Origin: Acidimicrobiia bacterium
GTDB lineage: Bacteria > Actinomycetota > Acidimicrobiia > Acidimicrobiales > JANYDT01
Direction of reading: 5' to 3'
DNA: 64,000 nt
Assembly: GCA_031381685.1 (NCBI GenBank)
Contig: JANMYF010000055.1
Location: 1,589 to 65,588, forward strand
Shown here: in pieces, positions 56,041-64,000 of the stretch
Layout of the letters: each line of letters opens with the position of its first letter
Numbering within the stretch: the first letter of the stretch is position 1
Position numbers and translations under genes: made by a program
The notes under the pieces: generated by a model
Told to the model about the DNA's origin: nothing
The model's database searches: none
Seen by the model: the letters and a program-made list of their open reading frames with translations, nothing else

Positions 56041-58476
56041 GTGAAGCCGTCCGTCCGAACCTTCAGGTTCGACCCGACGCGGCCGAAGATTCCATCCGTG
56101 CGGACTCCGCCAACGAAACCGAGATGGTGGCTCCGAGCAAGCAGCGTCGCAGCCACCGGTGCTGCCCTTTCCGTCGCCGCCGCGGCCACTCCCATGGTGC
56201 TGCGAGAACGGGCCGCAAACGACAAGGCGGCGATGGTCGTGGCGAAGCTGTCCGACGACATCGCGACGACGGTCGCCCGCGAAGTCGCCACGATGACTCA
56301 GGTGGCGCGCGCTGTTCCAGAACTCTCGCCCGACCCCGCTGTCATCGACACTCGCCTCGACACCATCGAAGCGTCCAGCAAACAGTCGTTCTTCGACGAT
56401 CTCCTCATCGTCGCCAGCCTCGGACCGAACTCCGTGACCGGTCTCGACCTCGCCGTCCGGGTCGCCCACGACCAGGACGGGTCGGGACTTCGATTCACCG
56501 GGTTGTCGGCCGGCGATCGCGTCTCGGCGCTCCTCGAGGCGGCTGGATTGACCGCACTCCCCCAGCCGACCGCTCGGCCGCGTCTGCTCTGGATGCGCGG
56601 CGAGGCGCTCACCCCCGAAGTGGTCGGAGCAATCGAGACCGGCCAGGCCCATGTCGTGATCGCTGACACGTTCCCCGTTGTCGCTGTCCCCGTCCCCCGT
56701 CGCGGGTGGGTGCTCGGAATCGTCAAGCCCAGCGGCATCGACACCGCGGTGGCGCGCCTTCCTCACGGCGCCACGATTGCTGCGTGGCTTCATTCGGGCG
56801 TCGGTGAGGCCGGTCCGCTGCTCGCCGAGCGGCGGGCGATACAGCCTCCGCCGTCCGCCGATGTCCGGCGACACGCCCGTTCCATACCAATCCTTGATCA
56901 GCAGTTGACGGTGGTTGTCGGCGTTGATCGGTTCCTCGGGACGGCGCCGGGTTTTCCTCCGGGGGTGGCGCTCGTGCTCGGACTGTTCGCCACGTTGCTT
57001 GCCTCAGCGGCGGCGTCGGCGCGCACGCAGCGCATCGCTCGACAGACAATGCAGCGCGAGCTCGATCACGAGAAATTCTTGGCGAGGACCGATCCGCTGA
57101 CAGGGCTCGGCAATCGACTTGCGTTCAACGAGGCAATGGATGCCGCGCTCTCGGACCAAAGGCATTCTCCTCTCCCCGTAGCTGTGCTGCTGTGCGATCT
57201 CGATCGATTCAAAGTCGTCAACGACGCACGAGGCCACGAGGTCGGCGACCAGCTACTCCGCGATGTGGCCACTCGGATGAACAACGCCGCGATCGATTTG
57301 CGCAACGACGTTGGTGTCCGGTCATCTGAAGCTGCGGGTACTGACGACACTGGTTGCGGCCGGGTCGATGTCTACCGATTCGGTGGTGACGAGTTCGTAA
57401 TCGCGCTTACCGGTTCGTCGGCAAGTGCGGCTGTCGACTTCGCCTACGGTCTCGTCTCCTCGATCCGCAAGCCGTTCCGAGTCGGTGTGGATCAGGTCGT
57501 GATCGGCGTCAGCGTCGGCCTGGCCGCTTCCGGAGGATCGAACGATGTCTCGAACCGTTCGAGTTTGCTGCGTGACGCCGACATGGCGATGTACGTTGCC
57601 AAACGAGGCGGCGGGAATCGAGTGGCCGTGGCCGACGATGAGGTCCGCGTCGCCGGAGCCACGCAGCTCGACGTGGAGATCGAACTCCGTCGAGCGCTCG
57701 GAAGCGGTCAACTCCGGGCCTGGTACCAACCCCTCGTCGATCGCCGCCGAAACGTCGTCGCGCTCGAGGCATTGATCCGTTGGGAGCATCCAACTCGGGG
57801 CTTGCTCAGTCCTGGACTCTTCCTTCCCGCAGCCAAAACGGCGGGGCTCCTCGCCGAGTTGAGCACCGCGGTCCTGTCTGAGGCTGCGCGAGACGTGTCT
57901 GACTGGAACCGTCTACGAAGCGAGGCTGGTCTCGCCCCGCTCGTCGTGCACGTGAACTGCGTCGAGGAGCAACTCATGGACACCGGGTTCGCTGATGTCG
58001 TCGGGTCCTATCTGGTCGATACGGGCTTGGATCCGCACTCGCTTCTCCTGGAAATCTCGGAGGAGACTGCCCTCGATCGATTGCCCGCCAGCCTCCCGAC
58101 GCTCGACCTCCTTCGACGCAGCGGTGTCCGATTCAGCATCGATGATTTCGGCTTCGGAAACAGCTCCCTCACGATGGTGCGACGAGTCGGGGAAGTGGCC
58201 GAGCTCAAGATCGACAAGTCGATCGTCGACGGGCTGGCCCTGGCGTCGCCGCTTGCGACAGACCTCGCGGTTGTGCGGTCGATCGTCGATTTCGGGCGCA
58301 CCCAGAAGATCACCATCGTTGCTGAGGGCATCGAAGAGGAGCATCAGTTCAGCCAACTGGTCGGGCTCGGTGTGGACCTGTTCCAGGGCTATCTCTTCCA
58401 TCGTCCGCAACCCGCACACCAGTTGCACGCTCTTCTCGCCCCGATCGGCGCGTCATCGATTCCCGCGCACAGGTAG
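56041..58476 (+). CDS. GGDEF/EAL-domain protein with an N-terminal periplasmic-type sensor region
   Basis: 'RFGGDEFVIAL', 'LEALIRWEHP', 'DDFGFGNSSL'. Two TM segments flank an extracytoplasmic region of about 250 aa. The real start may be GTG 56098. Confidence 0.85.
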   Translation: MKPSVRTFRFDPTRPKIPSVRTPPTKPRWWLRASSVAATGAALSVAAAATPMVLRERAANDKAAMVVAKLSDDIATTVAREVATMTQVARAVPELSPDPAVIDTRLDTIEASSKQSFFDDLLIVASLGPNSVTGLDLAVRVAHDQDGSGLRFTGLSAGDRVSALLEAAGLTALPQPTARPRLLWMRGEALTPEVVGAIETGQAHVVIADTFPVVAVPVPRRGWVLGIVKPSGIDTAVARLPHGATIAAWLHSGVGEAGPLLAERRAIQPPPSADVRRHARSIPILDQQLTVVVGVDRFLGTAPGFPPGVALVLGLFATLLASAAASARTQRIARQTMQRELDHEKFLARTDPLTGLGNRLAFNEAMDAALSDQRHSPLPVAVLLCDLDRFKVVNDARGHEVGDQLLRDVATRMNNAAIDLRNDVGVRSSEAAGTDDTGCGRVDVYRFGGDEFVIALTGSSASAAVDFAYGLVSSIRKPFRVGVDQVVIGVSVGLAASGGSNDVSNRSSLLRDADMAMYVAKRGGGNRVAVADDEVRVAGATQLDVEIELRRALGSGQLRAWYQPLVDRRRNVVALEALIRWEHPTRGLLSPGLFLPAAKTAGLLAELSTAVLSEAARDVSDWNRLRSEAGLAPLVVHVNCVEEQLMDTGFADVVGSYLVDTGLDPHSLLLEISEETALDRLPASLPTLDLLRRSGVRFSIDDFGFGNSSLTMVRRVGEVAELKIDKSIVDGLALASPLATDLAVVRSIVDFGRTQKITIVAEGIEEEHQFSQLVGLGVDLFQGYLFHRPQPAHQLHALLAPIGASSIPAHR

Positions 58477-58493
58477 CGCGTGCCAAGCTCGTC

Positions 58494-59231
58494 TCAGGTT
58501 GTCTTTCCTTCGATGACGTCCCAGACGTCGGAAGCTTTCACGCCCTCGAGAATGTGGCCCTGCCCATCGAGGACATCGAGTGACACCTTCGCCTGGATAC
58601 TTGACAGTCCAGCGAGGGTGTCGAAGACGCGTTGGCTCGACGAGCGCCACGAGAGGTCGTTGCCGCCGACCCACAAGCCGACGCGCATTCTGGCCAACGT
58701 CGTGAGCTGAGCCGCGTCGGTGCCTGCCGGCGGTACCCCGGGCAGGGTGACCAGCGCGCTGTAGCGAGCGGGGTGGTCCAACGCGGCGCGAAACGCCGAG
58801 AGGCCACCGTTCGAGATCCCTCCGAGGGCGACGTCGTCCGCGAGAAAGCCCGATTTGGCGATGGCGGCGTCGAGAAACGGCGAGATGAGCTTCGACGAGC
58901 CGCTCATGAAGAGACCGGTTCTCGGCGCCGCCGGACTGATGACGATCCATCCTCTCTTCGTCCCTTCGGCGGCCCAGTACCGCCTGAGCCCGACATCGAC
59001 CAGGTCTTTGGTCTGCCCACCCGGCGGGAACGCGAGCAGCACGTTTCGCTTCTGCCCCTTCTGCGATCCCGGGGGAACGGCGATCGCGTACGAGATCGTC
59101 ACCCCGCGCACTTTGGTGGACCTCCACTCCCATAGCGGTGCGGAGTTCCGGGCGGCAGCATGGCCTGCTCGGGTGGAGGCCAGTGCCGCGAGGAGGGCTA
59201 CTCCGGCGATGACCGCGCGTGTCGGTCGCAT
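58494..59231 (-). CDS. Secreted alpha/beta hydrolase (esterase/dienelactone-hydrolase-like)
   Basis: Signal peptide 'AGVALLAALASTRAGHA'. Nucleophile elbow 'GGISNGG'. Confidence 0.7.
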   Translation of the reverse strand: MRPTRAVIAGVALLAALASTRAGHAAARNSAPLWEWRSTKVRGVTISYAIAVPPGSQKGQKRNVLLAFPPGGQTKDLVDVGLRRYWAAEGTKRGWIVISPAAPRTGLFMSGSSKLISPFLDAAIAKSGFLADDVALGGISNGGLSAFRAALDHPARYSALVTLPGVPPAGTDAAQLTTLARMRVGLWVGGNDLSWRSSSQRVFDTLAGLSSIQAKVSLDVLDGQGHILEGVKASDVWDVIEGKTT

Positions 59232-59364
59232 CGTGGCATCTTCGCAGATCGGACCGGACACTGGTCCGGCGAGAAGTTCGGGCGGCGTCCACGGACGATG
59301 AGCCACGAGATGATCGGGAGGTGGCGTGCCACCGGTTTGCCTGACCGCACCCGTGGGCGCGCCG

Positions 59365-60123
59365 TCAGCGGATGAGTTGCGCTTGGGAACCAGCGATACG
59401 ACGGTGCACGGAGTCTCGGATCGCCGAGCCGATGAGCCCCTCCAAGGCCTGGGCATAGAGACGGTGGCCGGCTGCGGACATCCGGCCTCCCTCGCCGAAG
59501 AATTCCTCCACCGGTCCGTTCAGCACCTCTTCGCCGAGAACCACCGGAACACGCAGCTTCGTCGAGATTTCCTCATAGAGCTTCGACTGGCCCATCGATT
59601 CCCTCTGGCCGGCACGATCGCTTACCGCCATCGGACCGCGGAGCATCACCGATACGGCGCCTTCCTGCAAACGCGTGACCGCCGCCTCCAAAAGCGCTCG
59701 GTACGCGTCGATGGAGAGTTGGGGCAGCTTCTTTCGCAGCGGATGGTTCACCCGAAGGAGCTGCCCGAATCGACGGCGGAGGAGGGGATCGTTGGCGACC
59801 CGGCGATCGATCGCCTGAACGAACGACACCATCTGTCGGAATCCCTCGTTGCCCCACAGTGGGTTGAGGGCGACAGTCCCTCGCAAGGCGTTGGTGAACG
59901 TTCCGATCACCACGACGTCAATACCGTCCGCCAGGACGCGGTCGACTGCGGCGGCGAGAAGGGTCGGGTGCGGGACGGCCCGGTGCACAAACGTGACGTT
60001 CACTCCCTGGTTCCGGCGCCGGATGGACTCCTCGACGAGCTCGGCGTACGACGCTCCGGCGTCGAGCCCGGACCCTCGCTCGATGCAGTTGCCCAGGAAC
60101 GCAACTTGGATATCAGGTGTCAC
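59365..60123 (-). CDS. SGNH/GDSL-like hydrolase-fold hypothetical protein
   Basis: 252 aa. 'VAFLGNC' sits at the position of block I, with no Ser. Weak assignment. Confidence 0.4.
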   Translation of the reverse strand: MTPDIQVAFLGNCIERGSGLDAGASYAELVEESIRRRNQGVNVTFVHRAVPHPTLLAAAVDRVLADGIDVVVIGTFTNALRGTVALNPLWGNEGFRQMVSFVQAIDRRVANDPLLRRRFGQLLRVNHPLRKKLPQLSIDAYRALLEAAVTRLQEGAVSVMLRGPMAVSDRAGQRESMGQSKLYEEISTKLRVPVVLGEEVLNGPVEEFFGEGGRMSAAGHRLYAQALEGLIGSAIRDSVHRRIAGSQAQLIR

Positions 60124-60301
60124 CGTGCCGAGACTACTGGCGGTCCCCGTTCATCGAAGGCTCTCGCCGTCGGTATCCGCGCCGACGGGAATAGCCCGAT
60201 CAGCCGTGGGCAGCCGCCTTCACGCGGGCAATCCGTTCACCCCTGACGGGCTCGGCGCTGCGAGCACACCATCCCAGTCGATCTGTTCTGGCCGCGACGG
60301 A

Positions 60302-60805
60302 TCAGATCGAGGCGACGGCTCCAACACCCGCCGTTGCGACTGCGATGACCGCGACGAACGCGGTGCTGGTCGCGGCGATCTTTCGATCGAAGCTCCCGTG
60401 GATCAGCCACGCCGTGGCGGTGGCGATCCCACCGGACGTTGCTGCCAAGAACACCGGAACGAGGAGCGGGCGAACGACGAGGGCGACAAGGGCGAACATC
60501 ATTCCCACGCCCAACTCGAGGGCGGGATACCGCATCGGAATCGCCTTTTGGCAGCTTCGACAGCGTCCCCGTAGGGCTGCCCAGGAGACGACCGGGATGT
60601 TGTCGTACCACCGGATGCGACCGCCGCACCCAGTGCAGGCCGACGGCGGCGAGAGGATCGAACCGCCGAGGGGCACCCTGGACGTGACCACCGTCAGAAA
60701 TGACCCGACACATAGACCGAGCGCCGCGATCCATCCGATGACGAACGTCCGCACGGGGGGAGACGCTAGCGGTGCCCCTGAACCCACACGCGTGAGGCCA
60801 GTCAC
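60302..60805 (-). CDS. Truncated prepilin-peptidase-like protein (N-terminal Zn-binding module only)
   Basis: 'CTGCGGRIRWYDNIPVVSWAALRGRCRSCQKAIPMRYPALEL'. The ORF ends about 70 aa later without a GxGD(V/A)K motif. None is found in any frame of 60124-60301. Confidence 0.6.
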   Translation of the reverse strand: MTGLTRVGSGAPLASPPVRTFVIGWIAALGLCVGSFLTVVTSRVPLGGSILSPPSACTGCGGRIRWYDNIPVVSWAALRGRCRSCQKAIPMRYPALELGVGMMFALVALVVRPLLVPVFLAATSGGIATATAWLIHGSFDRKIAATSTAFVAVIAVATAGVGAVASI

Positions 60806-60814
60806 CTCCCAGCG

Positions 60815-60866
60815 GCGTTGGGAGGTGTTCTGCCCCCATATTTGGGGGCAACCTCTCTCCCAACGC
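60815..60866. promoter_or_regulatory. 52-nt imperfect palindrome between the divergent pilD-like and pilT genes
   Basis: Outer 10 bp gcgttgggag/ctcccaacgc. Inner 8 bp tgccccca/tgggggca with loop tatt. The two stems are separated by a 6x6 internal loop. Confidence 0.6.
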
Positions 60867-60881
60867 GTACACGGCTCAGGT

Positions 60882-61994
60882 ATGGCGGGGGGGTGCCGAT
60901 CGGGACTGGCGATGATCACTGTCCAAGGCGCGCTCACGAGATGGATCGGGATGCTGTGGGAGAACGTCGGGACCGACCTGCACCTGGTTGCCGGCGCTCC
61001 CCCGCTCATTCGGTCCGGCGGCCGTCTCGAACGTCTCACCGGTGAGCCCTACGTCAGCGGTTCGGAGATCGCCACGGCCCTTCACGGATACCTGGATGCC
61101 GAGCAGTGGAAGACGCTCGACCATGACCGAGAGATCGATTTCTCTCTTGCCTGGGAGGGCAAAGCCCGGCTGCGCGGCAATGCCTTCTACCAGCGCGGCG
61201 CACTCTCCCTCGCCCTGCGCATCATCCCCGAGGCCATCCCGGACTTCGACACGCTCGGCGTGCCGGAATCCGTCCGGGCGTTGGCGTCCCTTCCCCAAGG
61301 GCTCGTGCTCTTCACCGGTCCGACCGGTTCCGGAAAGTCCACCTCGCTGGCCGCCCTGATCGATTGGATCAACGTCAACCGGGCGTGTCACATCCTGACC
61401 ATCGAAGACCCGATCGAATACGTCCACCATCACAAGAAGTCCATCGTCAGCCAACGCGAGGTCGGATCGGACACGCTCTCGTGGGAGCGGTCCCTCCGTT
61501 CGGCACTCCGGGAGGATCCCGACGTGATCTTGCTCGGTGAGATGCGCGACCCCGAGTCGATCGCCGCGGCACTGACCCTCGCCGAAACAGGCCACCTGGT
61601 CTTCTCGACCCTGCACACCAACGACACGGCGCAGGCGCTCGATCGCATCGTCGATGTGTTCCCCTCCGAACGGCAGGCGCAGATCCGCATGCAGCTCGCT
61701 GGTGCGCTGACCGGTGTTGTTGCCCAACGTCTTCTGCCGACGGCCACCGGTGGACTGGTCGCGGCCTACGAGGTCCTGCTCGCCACCCACGCCGTCCGCA
61801 ACCTGGTCCGGGAAGGCAAGACGCGACAGATCCGCAACGTCATCACCACCAGCCAGAGCGAGGGCATGATGACGCTGGAGATGAGCCTGAACCGGCTCGT
61901 CACGCAGGGATTGGTGAGCCACGAGGACGCCGTAGCGAGGGCCCTTCACCCGCTGGAGATCGAGCGTCCGCTCGCCGGCTCCGCCACGCGCTGA
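60882..61994 (+). CDS. pilT: Type IV pilus retraction ATPase PilT
   Basis: 'GTDLHLVAGAPPLIR', Walker A 'GPTGSGKST', 'DVILLGEMRD', 'TGHLVFSTLHT', 'AHAVRNLVREGK'. An alternative start is 60912. Confidence 0.9.
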   Translation: MAGGCRSGLAMITVQGALTRWIGMLWENVGTDLHLVAGAPPLIRSGGRLERLTGEPYVSGSEIATALHGYLDAEQWKTLDHDREIDFSLAWEGKARLRGNAFYQRGALSLALRIIPEAIPDFDTLGVPESVRALASLPQGLVLFTGPTGSGKSTSLAALIDWINVNRACHILTIEDPIEYVHHHKKSIVSQREVGSDTLSWERSLRSALREDPDVILLGEMRDPESIAAALTLAETGHLVFSTLHTNDTAQALDRIVDVFPSERQAQIRMQLAGALTGVVAQRLLPTATGGLVAAYEVLLATHAVRNLVREGKTRQIRNVITTSQSEGMMTLEMSLNRLVTQGLVSHEDAVARALHPLEIERPLAGSATR

Positions 61995-62064
61995 CCCACG
62001 CTTCTCGGGCTGACCGACCGCGGGACACCGGCTCCATGCGGGGCACCGGCGCCTCCGCTCGGGG

Positions 62065-62841
62065 TCAGGCGTCGAGGACCTCGATGCGGAGTCGCTTGTT
62101 GCCCTTGCCCTTGGACTCCGTCTTCACGACGCGAAAGCCGCCGATCTCGCGGGTCGAGGCGACGTGGGTGCCACCGTCGGCCTGCTTGTCGAGACCCACG
62201 ATGTCGACCAGACGGATCTCGGTGATGTGCCCGGGAATCATGTTCACCTTGGTCCGGATGAGGTCCGGGTCGGCGTTCGCCGCCGCAATCGGAAGCACGC
62301 TGACTTCGATGGGACGGTCGGCGGTGATCTCCTCCGCAACAAGTCGGTCGATCTCATCGGCGAACCCCTCCGGGAGCGGGTCGAACTCGAAGTCCATACG
62401 TGCACTTAACGGTTCCATGTTGCCGCCGGTGACGGCCACGCCCCAGCGCTTCCAGATCACGCCGCAGAGCACGTGCATCGCCGTATGGGTTCGCATCAGC
62501 CGATGTCGGCGGTCCCAATCGAGCTCAGCATGCACCACATCGCCGACCGACGGTAGCGTCCCCTCCCCCACGGTGTGCCAGACAACGGAGCCCTCCTTGC
62601 GGACGTCGGTGACGGCGAGTCCGGCGAGCGCTCCCGTGTCATGGGGTTGGCCGCCACCGGTTGGATAGAAGTAGGTGCGGTCGAGCGCGATCCGACGAGT
62701 CGACGGCGGATCCGTCGCCGGATCGCCCAACGGAGCCTCCACCGCGACCGCGGTGGCTTCGAAGGAACGGACGTAAGCATCACGGAGGTAGTCGAGGCTG
62801 GTCTCGGGGAGATCTGGGCCGTCTGGGGATCGCAAGTTCAT
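62065..62841 (-). CDS. Alanyl-tRNA editing protein (AlaX-type, tRNA_SAD domain)
   Basis: 'HTAMHVLCG' (HxxxH), 'GGTHVAST'. Confidence 0.8.
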   Translation of the reverse strand: MNLRSPDGPDLPETSLDYLRDAYVRSFEATAVAVEAPLGDPATDPPSTRRIALDRTYFYPTGGGQPHDTGALAGLAVTDVRKEGSVVWHTVGEGTLPSVGDVVHAELDWDRRHRLMRTHTAMHVLCGVIWKRWGVAVTGGNMEPLSARMDFEFDPLPEGFADEIDRLVAEEITADRPIEVSVLPIAAANADPDLIRTKVNMIPGHITEIRLVDIVGLDKQADGGTHVASTREIGGFRVVKTESKGKGNKRLRIEVLDA

Positions 62842-62929
62842 CGCCTGGATCATGCCCGTTTGCGGCATGCTCCGCAGCAACGTGCGCGGCGACTGACCGG
62901 GAGCGGCGCCGACCTGTACGTTGGGCGTA

Positions 62930-64000
62930 ATGGGTGCCGCCGCCGACGAGTTCGTGAAGTCCTACCTTGCCGAGATGACCGGGCAGGCCATGGACCTGGG
63001 TCGTCTCGTCACCGACCCGAGCGGGTTGGACGCCCCGGAGATGATGGCGGCGTTTGCCCATCCCGACCTGGGTCGGCTCGGGATCACTCTCATGGCCGAC
63101 TTCATGGCGCCCGAGGGATCGATCTACTACGACGCAATCTTCGGCGCGTACCGAGGACAGCACGCCATACGGGGGTGGCTGGTGCCGGCGATGGCCGACA
63201 TCGAGTTCATCGACTTCGCTCCGACATCGGAATCCGTCACCTTTGATGACGGTGCGGGCGGCACGTCACTCGACGAATGGCAGATGATCATGAACGTCGG
63301 CGACACCAAGATCCCGCTGTCGCGTGGGGTCAGCGTCCGCCGCTACCGCGACGGCTGGATCACGTGGGCGTGCGACGTGTACGACACCGCCGCGTTTCGC
63401 CAGCCTCCCCCGCCCGAGATGGCCGACCTGCCCGGCATGCCGGCCGAACCTCCCCCGCCGCTACCGCCGTGGCCCTGCGTCGAATGGACCACCGACACGT
63501 CGGTCGTCCCCGCTCCACTGTCTGAGGCAGCGTCGGCGTGGATTGCGCAACGACGGGCTGCACGGACATTGGACCAACCGATGGTCGTCGAAGCGGCGAG
63601 CGGCTTGAGCCTTTCCGACATCCACGACCTCACCCATGACCCGATCGCCGGTTACGACTTCGATCTGATGAGCGACCTCTTCCACCCAACCGACTCGGTC
63701 TACATCGACCCGCTCTTCGGCGAGTTCCATGGCCAGGCGGCGATCCGATCCTGGCTCACCGACATCATGCCCCGAGCCGGCGCGCTCGCCTTCGAACCGC
63801 TGGGGAAGCCTCTCTTCGACGGGACGACGTCCGTCCTCGAGTGGAAGCAGATGGCTGTCGCCCCGGACGGGACCCGAACGATGATGCTGCGCGGAACGAG
63901 CGTGCGCCGTTACGCCGATGGCTGGGTCGTGTACGCCGCCGACTATTTCGACACCGCACCGCTCGCCGACCCCGACATTCAGGCGGCCGCAATGGCTGCC
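62930..64000 (+). CDS. Tandem NTF2/SnoaL-like domain protein (3' end beyond the window)
   Basis: Frame-2 ORF open from ATG 62930 to the window end. It is absent from the supplied ORF track. Two homologous halves: 'YYDAIFGAYRGQHAIRGWL...GVSVRRYRDGWITWACDVYDTAAF' and 'YIDPLFGEFHGQAAIRSWL...GTSVRRYADGWVVYAADYFDTAPL'. They are joined by a Pro-rich linker. Confidence 0.7.
   Translation, partial: MGAAADEFVKSYLAEMTGQAMDLGRLVTDPSGLDAPEMMAAFAHPDLGRLGITLMADFMAPEGSIYYDAIFGAYRGQHAIRGWLVPAMADIEFIDFAPTSESVTFDDGAGGTSLDEWQMIMNVGDTKIPLSRGVSVRRYRDGWITWACDVYDTAAFRQPPPPEMADLPGMPAEPPPPLPPWPCVEWTTDTSVVPAPLSEAASAWIAQRRAARTLDQPMVVEAASGLSLSDIHDLTHDPIAGYDFDLMSDLFHPTDSVYIDPLFGEFHGQAAIRSWLTDIMPRAGALAFEPLGKPLFDGTTSVLEWKQMAVAPDGTRTMMLRGTSVRRYADGWVVYAADYFDTAPLADPDIQAAAMAA

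Noticed and set aside
1-64000. A scan for rRNA or tRNA genes, CRISPR arrays, IS elements, integrases, toxin-antitoxin pairs and known defence genes.
   Set aside because: None was recognisable by eye. Intergenic regions are short (mostly under 270 nt) and contain only hairpins or palindromes. A covariance-model scan would be needed to exclude small ncRNAs.

Overview
This is a high-GC, densely coding, actinobacterial-type chromosomal segment. I call about 57 protein genes, including four disrupted genes and one recoding candidate. I found no rRNA, tRNA, CRISPR array, integrase or transposase. All calls come from reading the ORF translations and the DNA by eye. No database search or folding program was run.

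Gene content, in order:
- Two GGDEF/EAL c-di-GMP turnover proteins (305-2944 and 56041-58476).
- A tandem pair of subtilisin-like (S8) protease paralogs with unusual Trp-pentad C-terminal repeats and a shared conserved leader. An AhpD/CMD-family gene lies between them.
- An amidase.
- A five-function Liv-type branched-chain amino-acid ABC operon with fused permeases.
- A run of P450, FG-GAP-like and E2-like acyltransferase genes.
- An RCC1-repeat lipoprotein next to a LAL-type LuxR regulator.
- A translationally coupled DUF4331 / TPR / NicO-like His-rich transporter operon.
- A class-F-like sortase with an adjacent small candidate substrate.
- Housekeeping and metabolic genes: SDR, acyl-CoA ligase, GT39, pseudouridine synthase, ACAD, PIG-L deacetylase, MFS, AlkA, RsgA, ferredoxin plus reductase, threonine dehydratase, HisN, MobA, rhodanese, RNase D, L,D-transpeptidase, AIM24, Rieske oxygenase and AlaX.
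- A pilT gene divergent from a truncated prepilin-peptidase-like gene.

Most interesting observations:
1. The AhpD-like gene has an in-frame TGA exactly at the second Cys of its CxxC motif, which makes it a selenoprotein candidate.
2. The S8 paralog pair carries 16 x (S-S-W-S-G) tails and a conserved roughly 120-nt leader.
3. In the DUF4331 / TPR / NicO-like operon, both exported proteins are predicted to mature with N-terminal His-type metal motifs.
4. The sortase neighbours a small protein with a sorting-signal-like C-terminus but no LPXTG.
5. The window holds an unusual number of disrupted genes: two in-frame TAA codons, two frameshifts and one truncation.
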